A DNA stretch of 64,000 bases, taken from Patescibacteria group bacterium. GTDB taxonomy: Bacteria; Patescibacteriota; Minisyncoccia; Phycocordibacterales; PALSA-1337. This document shows, piece by piece, positions 48,349 through 57,630 of the stretch. The stretch's first letter is position 1. Every line of letters begins with the position of its first letter. The stretch is from positions 19,162 through 83,161 of the forward strand of contig JAGXAG010000001.1 in the NCBI GenBank assembly GCA_018971685.1, given 5' to 3'. Under the pieces are notes generated by a model, which searched no databases, had not been told where the DNA came from, and saw only the letters and a list, made by a program, of their open reading frames with translations. A program made the position numbers and the translations under genes.

Positions 48349-48918
48349 ATGCAATACTCCGACATCATCGGCTCAATCGTATCGGGCGCGTGGTTGGTAT
48401 TCATCGCGGTTTGGCTGGTGTCGGCCATGTTCACGAAGAAGTACGCCAAGCGCTCCGGCGGACGCTTCATTGTTTTCAGGCTGATTTTCGCTGTTCTCGT
48501 AATTGCGATCCTCAAATATTACGGCCGGAACGCCTCATTCATCCTATTGCATATAGCAAATCCCGCCGTACGCTGGACCGGCGCAGTTTTTGTCATTTTG
48601 GGCATAGTTCTGGCCTTCTGGGCCCGCTATCACCTAGGCAGGAATTGGGGCCAGCCCATGTCGGTCAAAGAAGGCGCCGACCTCGTGACCACCGGACCGT
48701 ACGCTTATATACGCAACCCGATATATGCCGCCATCCTCGTGGCTTTGATCGGCTCGGCTATGGTCTACGGCCTTCTATTCCTGTTCGCTCTCGTGCTATA
48801 TATTGCCTATTTCATTCCCAGCGTTTTCGTCGAAGAAAAGATCATGCTCCGCCTATTCCCGGACAAATATCCCGAATACAAAGCCGGCACAAAGAGGCTA
48901 ATTCCTTGGATTTGGTAG
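48349..48918 (+). CDS. isoprenylcysteine carboxyl methyltransferase (ICMT)/phospholipid methyltransferase-family membrane protein
   Basis: GPYAYIRNPIYAA signature. Multiple TM helices. Start set at MQYSDIIG; the track ORF starts at 48280. Confidence 0.6.
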   Translation: MQYSDIIGSIVSGAWLVFIAVWLVSAMFTKKYAKRSGGRFIVFRLIFAVLVIAILKYYGRNASFILLHIANPAVRWTGAVFVILGIVLAFWARYHLGRNWGQPMSVKEGADLVTTGPYAYIRNPIYAAILVALIGSAMVYGLLFLFALVLYIAYFIPSVFVEEKIMLRLFPDKYPEYKAGTKRLIPWIW

Positions 48919-48919
48919 C

Positions 48920-49825
48920 TTATTCGATCCCTCTCAGCGCCTTCACCCTATCCTCCACTGGCGGGTGTGTCATAAATAGTTTTGCCATACCTTTGAAAGC
49001 ATGCGGACCGAACGGATTGGCAATGAAGAGGTGCGCGGTGGCGTTGTTGGCTTTCTTCATCGGTTCGCCGTGCGCTTGGATCTTGAGCAGAGCGGACGCC
49101 AACCCTTCGGGATAGCGGGTGAGCAAAGCGCCATCGGTGTCCGCCAACAATTCCCGCTTGCGTGATATGGCCAGCTGGATCAATTGCGCCACGATCGGCG
49201 ACAAGATGACAAAAATAATACCTACAATCGCCAAGATCGCTCCCGATTGCCCGTTCCCTTCGCCGTCGTTTTGTTTTCTGCCGCCGCCGAACCACAAACT
49301 TCTGGTGAATATATTGGCTAGAATGGCGATGAAACCGACCAGAACGACTACGACCGTTGACAATAATATGTCGCGATTGCCTATATGCGACAGCTCGTGT
49401 GCGATCACTCCTTCCAGTTCGTTTTTGTCCATCATGCCTAGAAGTCCGCTGGTTACCGCTACGGCGGCATGGTCTTTGTCTCTACCTGTCGCAAAAGCGT
49501 TCGGTGCCGGATCGTCGATGATGTAAATTTTCGGCATGGGCAAACCGGCAGTTATAGACAAGTTTTCCACCACGCGGAACAATTCAAGGTTATCTTCCCT
49601 ATCTGCCGGCTTTGCGCCTGAAATCGACAAGGCGATTTTGTCAGAATACCAGTAACTTGCGATATTCATCAGCACCGCGAATAAGATCGCGATCGCCAGT
49701 ATCCATGAATCGTTGTAGTAATAGCTTATGAACCAGCCCAAAGCCACGACAACGACCAAGAATAATCCCATCAAGAACCATGTCCGCCTGACATTCTTCG
49801 ATTGTTCAGTGTATAGAGTAGCCAT
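48920..49825 (-). CDS. htpX: HtpX-like M48 zinc metalloprotease
   Basis: HELSHIGNRD HExxH motif. 4 TM helices. Confidence 0.8.
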   Translation of the reverse strand: MATLYTEQSKNVRRTWFLMGLFLVVVVALGWFISYYYNDSWILAIAILFAVLMNIASYWYSDKIALSISGAKPADREDNLELFRVVENLSITAGLPMPKIYIIDDPAPNAFATGRDKDHAAVAVTSGLLGMMDKNELEGVIAHELSHIGNRDILLSTVVVVLVGFIAILANIFTRSLWFGGGRKQNDGEGNGQSGAILAIVGIIFVILSPIVAQLIQLAISRKRELLADTDGALLTRYPEGLASALLKIQAHGEPMKKANNATAHLFIANPFGPHAFKGMAKLFMTHPPVEDRVKALRGIE

Positions 49826-50412
49826 TAAAACTGCACCTTGACCGGCTCTTTGGTGGCCGCGTCACTCTCGTCCAGCTGGAAGAATTCCATGGTCGTGAAG
49901 TGGAAAGCGCCGGCGATCATGTTGCCGGGAAAGGCCTGAATATATATGTTCAAGTCGCGTACATTACCGTTGTAGAAGCGCCTGGCGGCTTGAATTTTAT
50001 CTTCGGTGTCAGTCAGTTCAGACTGCAAAGCCAGGAAGTTTTGGTTGGCTTTCAATTCCGGATACGCCTCGGCGATGGCGAAGACCGACTTCAAGGCGCC
50101 GGCCAGCGTTGCTTCCGCTTGTCCTTTCTCCGCCATATTGCCCGCGCCCATAGCCACCGCGCGCGCTTTGGTGACATTTTCGAATGCGGTTTTTTCGTGC
50201 GCGGCGTAACCCTTGACTGTATTGACCAGATTAGGTATCAGGTCGTATCGCCGTTTCAACTGCACATCGATATCGGCCCAAGCTTCTTTTGCCCTGTTGG
50301 AGAGCGAAACCAAGCGATTGAAAGCCGCTATCGCCCAGATAATCAGCAAGACTACCAATATCAGTATTGCCCAAGATATTATTGACATATTAGTGGTTAT
50401 TAACTTTCCCAA
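49825..50412 (-). CDS. lemA: LemA family protein
   Basis: N-terminal TM plus conserved LemA core (NRLVSLSNRAKEAWADIDVQLKRRYDLIPNLV). Coupled to htpX. Confidence 0.75.
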   Translation of the reverse strand: MGKLITTNMSIISWAILILVVLLIIWAIAAFNRLVSLSNRAKEAWADIDVQLKRRYDLIPNLVNTVKGYAAHEKTAFENVTKARAVAMGAGNMAEKGQAEATLAGALKSVFAIAEAYPELKANQNFLALQSELTDTEDKIQAARRFYNGNVRDLNIYIQAFPGNMIAGAFHFTTMEFFQLDESDAATKEPVKVQF

Positions 50413-50543
50413 TATTAATAACCACAGTATAGTCTACCACCTGTTAATTTTCAATTGGCTGAATGAGTGCAATATGTATCTGACCTTAGTCATCGGCAGT
50501 GCAATATGCATGCGGCCTTAGGCGTTATTTGAGAAGTTACGCC

Positions 50544-51062
50544 TCATTTCCTACTGTTTCTCAGCAGAAATTTCGCCGGACTTTCATCAAGGTCCATGAA
50601 GTGGTCGGCGGCCTCGATCAGTTTCGCCGAGGTCGATTTGCCGAATGAGACGACCTCGACTTGGCAACCTTCGTGCATCTGCAGATATTCGACCAGCGGC
50701 ACGAAGTCGCCGTCACCCGTAACCAGTATTACGGCATCCAATTTCGGCGCCAATTTTACTGCATCGACGGCCAAGCCGACATCCCAGTCCGCTTTTTTTG
50801 CGCCGGAGCCGAAGATTTGCAAGTCTTTCACCTTGGTTTCGATCTTCATTTTTGTCAGCGCCTCAAAGAAAGCGTTTTCTTCGCCCGATTCGGTAGCGAT
50901 AACATATGCCACTGCGCGCACCAAGCGCCTGCCGCCGACCGCGTCATCGACGATTTTGCCGAAATTCACCTTTGATCTGTATATATTCTTGGCGCTGTGA
51001 TAAAGGTTCTGCGTATCTATAAAGACTCCTACTCTCTGCTCCAAATGTTTTATTACTGACAT
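50544..51062 (-). CDS. NYN-domain (LabA/DUF88-like) protein
   Basis: GVFIDTQNLYH...VILVTGDGDFVPLV PIN-like acidic motifs. Confidence 0.6.
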   Translation of the reverse strand: MSVIKHLEQRVGVFIDTQNLYHSAKNIYRSKVNFGKIVDDAVGGRRLVRAVAYVIATESGEENAFFEALTKMKIETKVKDLQIFGSGAKKADWDVGLAVDAVKLAPKLDAVILVTGDGDFVPLVEYLQMHEGCQVEVVSFGKSTSAKLIEAADHFMDLDESPAKFLLRNSRK

Positions 51063-51155
51063 TTTATGAAAATGATTATTGTTTTTTTAAATATCTGGCA
51101 AAATCGCGGTCAGGCAGTCCCTCGGCCTACAAAAATTACTTACGGTTTCAAAATA

Positions 51156-51422
51156 CTATTTTTTCAACTCCAACTTTTTGGCGATCGCCGAATACCTGCG
51201 AGGATAATTTTTGCGCAAATAATTCATGTGCGTTTGCCTGTCTGCTACCATGCCTAGTAGCCCCCTTCTCGAGTGGTTGTCTTTGCGATGTTTTTTCAGG
51301 TGTGCAGTCAATTCGTCAATCTTCTTTGACAAAAGCGCTATTTGAACCTCCGGCGAGCCGGTGTCCTTGTCATGTATTCCGGTTTCTTTGATTATCTTGG
51401 CCTTTTTCTTCGGTTTAAGCAT
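51156..51422 (-). CDS. rpsO: 30S ribosomal protein S15
   Basis: 88 aa. GSPEVQIALLSKKIDELTAHLKKHRKDNHSRRGLL. Confidence 0.9.
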   Translation of the reverse strand: MLKPKKKAKIIKETGIHDKDTGSPEVQIALLSKKIDELTAHLKKHRKDNHSRRGLLGMVADRQTHMNYLRKNYPRRYSAIAKKLELKK

Positions 51423-51470
51423 GATGACTTACAATAGCATATTGCCGTTATTCCTGCAAGCGGCTACAAT

Positions 51471-52400
51471 GTGAGCATGTCGCACAATCTTAGGATTCTA
51501 AAGAGTCAATTCCTGGAATATGTGGAGATCGAAAAGGGCCGTGCCCTCAAAACCGTTGAGAATTATGATCATTATCTGAGTCGTTTTCTTCAATTCCTGA
51601 ATAGTGACAACCCGTCAGCCATTACCGGCGAAACCGTAAGCCGTTTTCGCCTCTGGCTCAACAGACAGCCCAGCAAATACAACAAACAAGGGGGCGGCAC
51701 CATGAAGAAAAGAACCCAGAATTACTATCTGATAGCTTTACGGGCTTTCCTGAAATATCTCGCCAAACGAGGCGTTCCTTCTCTCTCCGCCGAACATATC
51801 GAACTTGCCAAGGTCGGCGAACGCGAACTTGATCTTATCACCAATGAAGAGCTTCACCGTCTGATAGAATCGCCCAAAGGCAATGAACTGCGCGCTTTGC
51901 GCGATCGCGCCATCATGAAATTGCTTTTTTCGACCGGATTGCGCGTGTCGGAACTCTGTTCTCTGACTCGCGATATCAATCTAAAATCTGACAGCATGTC
52001 TATTCGTGGCAAAGGCGACAAAGTAAGGGTTGTTTTCCTATCCGACGAAGCCAAGGAAGCGGTAAAAAGGTATTTGGACAAACGAACCGACCTTGATGAT
52101 GCGCTTTTTGTCAGGATTACGGATAAACAAAACCAAAAAGGCAATTTGGCGCTTGATAAGCGCTCTGTTGAGCGCATTGTGAAGTATTGGGCGGTGCGCG
52201 CCGGCATTTCCAAGAAGGTTACGCCCCATATTCTACGCCATGTTTTCGCCACCGATCTCCTAGGCAATGGCGCCGATTTGCGCTCTGTTCAGATGCTACT
52301 TGGACATGCCAATATTTCCACTACTCAAATATATACTCATGTTACAGACGCGGAATTGAGGCGTGTTCATAAGCAGTTTCATAACAAAAGATCTGGTTAA
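51471..52400 (+). CDS. xerC: tyrosine recombinase XerC/XerD family
   Basis: R...HILRHVFAT...LLGHANISTTQIYTHV catalytic motifs. 309 aa. Confidence 0.85.
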   Translation: MSMSHNLRILKSQFLEYVEIEKGRALKTVENYDHYLSRFLQFLNSDNPSAITGETVSRFRLWLNRQPSKYNKQGGGTMKKRTQNYYLIALRAFLKYLAKRGVPSLSAEHIELAKVGERELDLITNEELHRLIESPKGNELRALRDRAIMKLLFSTGLRVSELCSLTRDINLKSDSMSIRGKGDKVRVVFLSDEAKEAVKRYLDKRTDLDDALFVRITDKQNQKGNLALDKRSVERIVKYWAVRAGISKKVTPHILRHVFATDLLGNGADLRSVQMLLGHANISTTQIYTHVTDAELRRVHKQFHNKRSG

Positions 52401-52443
52401 ACACTGCTTAATTTTTGAAATGTGCTACACTTTGATTTAGATT

Positions 52444-52629
52444 ATGAACACTATAGAGACGGAAAAAGGTATCCGAGACCTTGACCTTATGCTTGGGCCG
52501 ATACCAGATTCAACTTGTGTGCATCCTGCTCCAATGAAAGATCCTGAAGAACATGAGTTCGTCCTTGAACGATATGTCGTCGATCGGGATGGCACGATGA
52601 AAGTCTCGGTAGGTCAAGGCAACCACTAA
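52444..52629 (+). CDS. hypothetical small protein (61 aa)
   Basis: Only ORF filling the 270-nt xerC-xth spacer. No motif. Confidence 0.25.
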   Translation: MNTIETEKGIRDLDLMLGPIPDSTCVHPAPMKDPEEHEFVLERYVVDRDGTMKVSVGQGNH

Positions 52630-52673
52630 CAACTGGCCCCACTCTTTGTGTTTGGGGCCACAATTTTAATATC

Positions 52674-53462
52674 ATGCGCATCATTTCCTGGAATGTGAAT
52701 GGACTGCGGGCGAATGTCAAAAAAGGCGGGTTTGATTGGTTTTTAAATGAAAGTCCCGATATTTACTGTTTGCAAGAAACAAAGGCGAATAAAGATCAGC
52801 TCGAAGAAGGCATTGCCAATCCGCCAGGATATCACTCCTATTTTGACCACTCAAAAGGCCGTAAAGGTTACAGCGGAGTCGCCGTTTATTCCAAGATCCG
52901 ACCTTGGAAAGTTGAATATGGCTTGGGAATCGAGCAATATGACCAAGAAGGCCGATTTTTGGGACTATTCTTCGGCGAAATTATAAAGGACATTCCGAAA
53001 TTGGCGCTTTTTAATATTTACTTCCCTAACGGCGGCGGAGGTCCCGACAGATTGCAGTTCAAACTCGAATACTACGATGAATTTTTGAAATATGTTAACC
53101 GCTTGAAGAAAGACGGTTATGAAATAATATTCTGCGGCGATGTTAATACAGCCCACACGAAAATAGATTTGGCAAGACCGAAGGAGAATGCCGACAACAC
53201 CGGCTTCTTGCCGATAGAGCGCGCGTGGATGGATAAAGTTATTGACAATGGCTTCACGGATGTGTTCAGAAATATGCATCCGAATGAACCGGATAGATAC
53301 ACTTATTGGGACATGAAGACCTTCGCCAGAGAACGCAATGTCGGATGGCGTATCGACTACTTTTTCGTTACCGCCGGACTGTTAAAAAAGGTGACAAAAT
53401 CCAGAATTCTTGATCAAATACTAGGCTCTGACCATTGTCCGATAGATATTTTTGTTGGCTAA
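52674..53462 (+). CDS. xth: exodeoxyribonuclease III (AP endonuclease)
   Basis: MRIISWNVNGLRA; EEP-family motifs (QETK, GDVNTAH, SDHCP). Confidence 0.85.
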   Translation: MRIISWNVNGLRANVKKGGFDWFLNESPDIYCLQETKANKDQLEEGIANPPGYHSYFDHSKGRKGYSGVAVYSKIRPWKVEYGLGIEQYDQEGRFLGLFFGEIIKDIPKLALFNIYFPNGGGGPDRLQFKLEYYDEFLKYVNRLKKDGYEIIFCGDVNTAHTKIDLARPKENADNTGFLPIERAWMDKVIDNGFTDVFRNMHPNEPDRYTYWDMKTFARERNVGWRIDYFFVTAGLLKKVTKSRILDQILGSDHCPIDIFVG

Positions 53463-53821
53463 TATTGAAGCTCTACAGAGCCGTATTAAGTTAAATCTTC
53501 ACATAAATTTTTTTATGCGTACCCAGGTCGGACCTCAAAGATAAAACCGCGTCAATAGCGGTCTCGAGAATAATTGAGTACGCCTGACGCGGTCTCGAAG
53601 CTCGATAAAAGAACTTATCCAAGTCATTCCTTGGTAAGTGACATGCATCTTTCCTCGAATCAATGCTCTCCTGTTGGGAGGCTTATTTTTGTTGAGAAAG
53701 CATATGTCACCTTTTGTCACCAAGCAATAAGAGGACGAAAACAAACATTCGAGCTTCATGAAAAGGAGTGCGGTACTACCCTTACCGCAGAGTTTTTGAA
53801 AAGATCAATGCTCGTTTTCTC

Positions 53822-53990
53822 TGTGCTCGTCAAAATATTCACCATGCTCTATTAGCGCCGCGCCTCTCTCCTTGCAACGACGAAATATTTCCCTCCATGC
53901 CAGCTTTCGCTTGCGTCGGGAAACACCTATCGCCGGCTCGACAGTCGAGACTATGCATACCACGGTTTAATAAATATTTTGACGAGCACA
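53822..53990. ncRNA. candidate structured RNA or MITE: 18-bp perfect inverted repeat (TGTGCTCGTCAAAATATT / AATATTTTGACGAGCACA) closing about 130 nt with internal hairpins, inside a 600-bp convergent non-coding gap
   Basis: Read directly. No convincing ORF in 53463-54069. Strand unknown. Confidence 0.3.
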
Positions 53991-54069
53991 GCAGACCTCG
54001 GACAACGAACGGATCTGTCTTTATTCTATGTCCTTTACAGACTCGCGTAAAGGACATAGCTGTGGATAA

Positions 54070-55560
54070 CTAAAGGACATGATATTTCGCCCTTATTTTT
54101 CCTATGTCTTTTTGCTCCACTTCCACCTTTTTAGTCCTACCTTTTTCACCGCGCGCTCGCAATTCATTTTCCGGAAGTTTCATCAGTTCAAATGTTCTTT
54201 TTTCTAAGTATTCTTTCGTATTAAGTTCCGGATTATCCAACACTTCATCAAATAAGGCATATAAAATATAGCCAACGGCAAGTGACTGTACAAGTTCCGT
54301 AAGCTCTTTTATGCGGTCACCATTTATTTTCAACATTTTCAAAGTTACCGGATCACGCATAGCTTCTTCAACCATCGATTTATATTTTCTAAGTCGATAC
54401 GGATTTTCTTTTGGTCTGCCTGTACCAACCCTGTCGCAAATGCGTAGATTCATCAGATCCCAAACATTATCTTTACCGACATTGGAAATCAATCTCCGGA
54501 CAGCAGAAATGGTAACAATGTTGGTATCAGAGAAAAACATGTGCCAACGGACCAGTTTTGACACTTTTTCGGTTGTTTCATGTGAAAACCTCATTCTCTC
54601 TAATATTTTGCGTGTTTCACGTGAACCATACATTTCATGGTTATAAAAGGTAATTTGCCCTGTTTCATGTGAAATGTCCTTGGTAATTGGCTTAGAAATA
54701 TCATGAAATAGGGCCGCTAGACGCAATTCCAGCCCATAATCTTTGTCTGCTGCCGCTTGTAAACTTCTAAGCAAATGTTCCCAAACATCGTATTTATGAG
54801 CCTGATTTTGTGTAACACCGATGGATTTTCCCAATTCCGGCAAAAATTGATCCAAAAGTTTCAATTCAGCAAGCAATTCCAAGCCTTTTTTCGGTTGTGA
54901 TGATTTTATGATCTTTACGAATTCGTCTCGGATTCTTTCTATGGCAATCTCTTTTAGCAGGGAATTCAGCTGTCTTATGGCTTCGAAAGTACTTTTTTCA
55001 ATGCTGAAGTCAAGTTCTACCGCCAAACGAACGGCGCGCATCATTCTAAGAGCGTCTTCGTTGAATCTATCAGACGGATTACCAACGGTACGAATTTTTT
55101 TGTCCTTTAAATCATTGAAGCCGCCATGAAGATCAATAATGTCTTTTATAGCTCCTTTCGAAAGGGACACAGCCATGGCATTTACGGTAAAGTCTCGCCT
55201 TTTCAGATCGTCCTCGATCTTATCGCTGAATTTCACTTGATCGGGATGTCTACGGTCGGAATAACCCGATTCCAGTCTATACGGCGTGACCTCTATGTTT
55301 TTAACGGTTTCATCTTCAGTTAATTCATTTATAACTACCACGGTTCCATATATGTTCTCGTATACGGTTTTTGTGAATAATCCTTGAATTTGTTCCGGGT
55401 TGGCATTTGTAGTAATATCCCAATCTTTCGGTATTTTGCCTAAAAGCAAGTCTCGAACACAGCCGCCGACCAAATATGTCTGAAAACCAGCATTCTCAAG
55501 CGTTTCAACAGTGTTTATAACTTCCGCCGGAATGGCGCTTTTGTTCATCTTTTCTTTCAT
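54070..55560 (-). CDS. cca: CCA-adding tRNA nucleotidyltransferase with HD domain
   Basis: GGCVRDLLLG...DWD polymerase-beta motif and HD domain (FHDISKP). The track ORF starts at GTG 55578. ATG at M7 chosen; it is preceded by TGTGTTATTCT. Confidence 0.85.
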   Translation of the reverse strand: MKEKMNKSAIPAEVINTVETLENAGFQTYLVGGCVRDLLLGKIPKDWDITTNANPEQIQGLFTKTVYENIYGTVVVINELTEDETVKNIEVTPYRLESGYSDRRHPDQVKFSDKIEDDLKRRDFTVNAMAVSLSKGAIKDIIDLHGGFNDLKDKKIRTVGNPSDRFNEDALRMMRAVRLAVELDFSIEKSTFEAIRQLNSLLKEIAIERIRDEFVKIIKSSQPKKGLELLAELKLLDQFLPELGKSIGVTQNQAHKYDVWEHLLRSLQAAADKDYGLELRLAALFHDISKPITKDISHETGQITFYNHEMYGSRETRKILERMRFSHETTEKVSKLVRWHMFFSDTNIVTISAVRRLISNVGKDNVWDLMNLRICDRVGTGRPKENPYRLRKYKSMVEEAMRDPVTLKMLKINGDRIKELTELVQSLAVGYILYALFDEVLDNPELNTKEYLEKRTFELMKLPENELRARGEKGRTKKVEVEQKDIGKIRAKYHVL

Positions 55561-55608
55561 GTCGTAAGAATAACACACTTATGTTTTTTCATGATAGTAT
55601 GGCTTAAT

Positions 55609-55683
55609 GCCCTCGTGGTGAAACGGATATCACAGCGGTCTTCGGAACCGTTATTGCAGGTTCGATTCCTGCCGAGGGCACCA
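55609..55683 (+). tRNA. tRNA-Arg (anticodon UCG), CCA encoded
   Basis: Manual fold: GCCCTCG/CGAGGGC acceptor, GTGA/TCAC D-stem, GCGGT-CTTCGGA-ACCGT anticodon arm, GCAGG-TTCGATT-CCTGC T-arm, then ACCA. Confidence 0.65.
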
Positions 55684-55766
55684 TATAGGAAGTTGCAGTA
55701 ATTTTGCGAAAATATGATTATCGGGTATACTTGATTGTGAGAGTTGTGGTTTGTTATTGTCCGTAT

Positions 55767-55837
55767 GCGGGTATCGTTTAGTGGTAGGACGCGTCCTTGC
55801 CAAGGACGAGGTTGGAGTTCGATTCTCCATACCCGCA
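55767..55837 (+). tRNA. tRNA-Gly (anticodon GCC)
   Basis: GCGGGTA/TACCCGC acceptor, CGTCC-TTGCCAA-GGACG anticodon arm, TGGAG-TTCGATT-CTCCA T-arm. Confidence 0.7.
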
Positions 55838-56051
55838 CAAGTAAAATTTGTTGTCTTTATGTGAATATGGTCTGTATAAAATGGCTTAGGACCGTTATTT
55901 TCGGCATTGAAACTGTGGATAAGTCTGTTAACAGTGTTGATAAAAGTCACAAAAAATGGCTTTAATATGTTGACTTTGTTCTTTATTAGCCGGTCCATAA
56001 AAATTTAATGGCTTAACCGTAGAATTTATCAAGGAAATAATTTTAAAAGTC

Positions 56052-56444
56052 ATGGAAATTGTGTTGCACAAACGAGCAAAAGGGAATAAAGGTGAAGATA
56101 TTGCATGTAAATTTTTGGAACGGCATAATTTCAATGTTATTGACCGTAATTATCAGAAAAAGTGTGGAGAACTCGACATAATAGCCAAAAAGGACAAGGT
56201 TGTTCATTTCTTCGAAGTCAAAAGTGTAACCGGCGATTTTTCTGAAAAATTTTTAGACGCCCATCGTCCCGAGGATAATGTTGATCAATGGAAAATAAGG
56301 CATTTAAGGCGCATTATAGAGACTTATATTGCTGACAAGAAATTAGGTCCCGAAGCAGAATTTCATTTTCATGTTCTGTGTGTTTACATGAACTTGGATA
56401 ATAGGCGTGCCGTGGTCAAGTGGCTAAAAGACATTATTTTATGA
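56052..56444 (+). CDS. yraN: YraN/UPF0102 family PD-(D/E)xK endonuclease
   Basis: KGEDIACKFLERHNFNVIDRNYQKKCGELDIIAKKD...FFEVK motif order. Confidence 0.7.
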   Translation: MEIVLHKRAKGNKGEDIACKFLERHNFNVIDRNYQKKCGELDIIAKKDKVVHFFEVKSVTGDFSEKFLDAHRPEDNVDQWKIRHLRRIIETYIADKKLGPEAEFHFHVLCVYMNLDNRRAVVKWLKDIIL

Positions 56445-56508
56445 TAAAGTATAGTCATATACCTCGTCGTAACCTTTAACGAAATGAGAGGTTACGGCGA
56501 GGTAATAC

Positions 56509-56581
56509 CGGAGCGTGGTGTAACGGCTAACATACCTGTTTTGGGTACAGGTGACTCCGGGTTCGAATCCCGGCGCTCCGA
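56509..56581 (+). tRNA. tRNA-Pro (anticodon UGG)
   Basis: CGGAGCG/CGCTCCG acceptor, CCTGT-TTTGGGT-ACAGG anticodon arm, CCGGG-TTCGAAT-CCCGG T-arm. Confidence 0.7.
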
Positions 56582-56634
56582 CATGTGGATACAAATATGC
56601 GAATTTTACTAATGATACGAATATTACAAATAAT

Positions 56635-57084
56635 ATGAAGAAGATCGTACACTTTTTCGACAAGTTGGAAGATAGGATACGCGAGCATTTGAGCCACTAT
56701 CCTATTCTTTATACGATCATAGGGGGCGTAGCCATCGTGCTTTTCTGGAGAGGAGTATGGCATACGGCTGATATGTTGGAAGGACAAGGCGGCTGGCTCG
56801 GTTTTATATTCTATGAGCCAATAAATCTGTTGATCGTTGTCATCATACTGCTTATGACTGGTCTTTTCGTGTCATACTTTATCGGGGATACTATACTCAT
56901 GAGTGGTTTGAAACATCAGAAAAAATCCACTGAGAAAACGGAAAGAGAAGTACAGGAAGAAGAGTCAGAATTAAAAAATATAAGATCTACCATAAAAGAG
57001 ATGAAAAAGGAGGTTGATGAGATAAAGGACGCAGTTAACACCGGTCGGACCCGTGCCACCGGTCAGACCGGTGTAAGATCATGA
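56635..57084 (+). CDS. hypothetical membrane protein with C-terminal coiled coil; last about 14 codons encoded by a palindromic repeat
   Basis: Start at MKKIVHFFDK; the track ORF begins at 56551 over the tRNA-Pro 3' end, which is implausible. Two TM helices. Confidence 0.45.
   Translation: MKKIVHFFDKLEDRIREHLSHYPILYTIIGGVAIVLFWRGVWHTADMLEGQGGWLGFIFYEPINLLIVVIILLMTGLFVSYFIGDTILMSGLKHQKKSTEKTEREVQEEESELKNIRSTIKEMKKEVDEIKDAVNTGRTRATGQTGVRS
57038..57074. repeat. composite GC-rich palindromic element (ACACCGGTCGGACCCGTGCCACCGGTCAGACCGGTGT)
   Basis: Overlaps the 3' end of the upstream CDS. Identical copy at 57453-57489. Confidence 0.6.
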
Positions 57085-57449
57085 TTTCATACGAAGATTT
57101 CAAAAAAGTCGAGATAAAAGCGGGCAAGATATTGTCTGCGGAGAAAGTTCCCGATACCGATAAGCTATTGAGGCTATCAGTTGATTTTGCCGAGAATAGG
57201 GAAGTGACCGGTGAAGATGGTGTTGTCGTGGCAAAACCGCATGTCCGTCAGATAATTTCGGGCATATCTGCGTATTTTCCAGATCCGCAGTTGCTTGTAG
57301 GTAAAACATGCATGTTCGTGACCAATCTGGAGCCGAGAGTTATTCGCGGTTTAGAGAGTCAAGGCATGATATTGGCGGCGAAGACTGATACAGGCTTTTC
57401 TCTACTGGAGCCTAATGATTCTATTCATCCCGGTGCCACCGCTTCATAA
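57081..57449 (+). CDS. tRNA-binding domain protein (CsaA/YgjH, EMAP-like OB fold)
   Basis: FKKVEIKAGKILSAEKVPDTDKLLRLSVDF...GISAYFP matches the Trbp111/CsaA pattern. Start overlaps the upstream stop (ATGA). Confidence 0.6.
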   Translation: MISYEDFKKVEIKAGKILSAEKVPDTDKLLRLSVDFAENREVTGEDGVVVAKPHVRQIISGISAYFPDPQLLVGKTCMFVTNLEPRVIRGLESQGMILAAKTDTGFSLLEPNDSIHPGATAS

Positions 57450-57452
57450 ATA

Positions 57453-57489
57453 CACCGGTCGGACCCGTGCCACCGGTCAGACCGGTGTA
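57453..57489. repeat. composite GC-rich palindromic element, second copy
   Basis: Identical 37-mer, 4 nt after the CsaA-like stop. Confidence 0.6.
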
Positions 57490-57530
57490 TAATGCGCTTG
57501 TCAACGGAATCTGTTAGTATAGAAATCGCG

Positions 57531-57601
57531 CGGGATTAGTTAAATGGTATAATAACAGTTTTCCAAACTGTGGTCAGGAGTTCGATTCTCCTATCCCGCA
57601 C
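57531..57601 (+). tRNA. tRNA-Gly (anticodon UCC)
   Basis: GCGGGAT/ATCCCGC acceptor, ACAGT-TTTCCAA-ACTGT anticodon arm, AGGAG-TTCGATT-CTCCT T-arm. Confidence 0.65.
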
Positions 57602-57630
57602 AATATTTAACAATTAATAAATTTATTAAA

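Noticed and set aside
48273-49115. 280-aa plus-strand ORF (Arg/Pro-rich) overlapping ICMT in another frame and htpX antisense
   Set aside because: Low-complexity R/P/H-rich translation typical of a GC-rich antisense frame. Real genes with strong motifs (GPYAYIRNPIY; HELSH) occupy the locus.
53761-54069. Possible RNase P RNA (GCGGTAAGGGTAGTACCGCAC on the minus strand resembles the GGUGCGGUAAGAGCGCACC P10-12 region) or SRP RNA (CCGGAAG...AAGGC near 13830)
   Set aside because: I could not find the universal GGAAAGUCCGG or ACAGAAnCCGGCUUA motifs, nor a GGAA-capped SRP helix 8. Resemblance is too partial. Kept only as an unassigned structured-RNA candidate.
55557-55998. Minus-strand ORFs 55557..55838 and 55651..55998 and plus ORF 55744..55965
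   Set aside because: They overlap tRNA-Arg and tRNA-Gly genes and have no motifs.
56462-56506. 13-bp-stem hairpin (CCTCGTCGTAACC...GGTTACGGCGAGG) between yraN and tRNA-Pro
   Set aside because: Probably a simple transcription terminator or tRNA-processing spacer for yraN. No T-run, so function uncertain. Not distinctive enough for a finding.
56439-56787. Minus-strand ORFs 56439..56663 and 56527..56787, and the 5' part of plus ORF 56551..57084
   Set aside because: Overlap tRNA-Pro. The plus ORF was trimmed to start after the tRNA.
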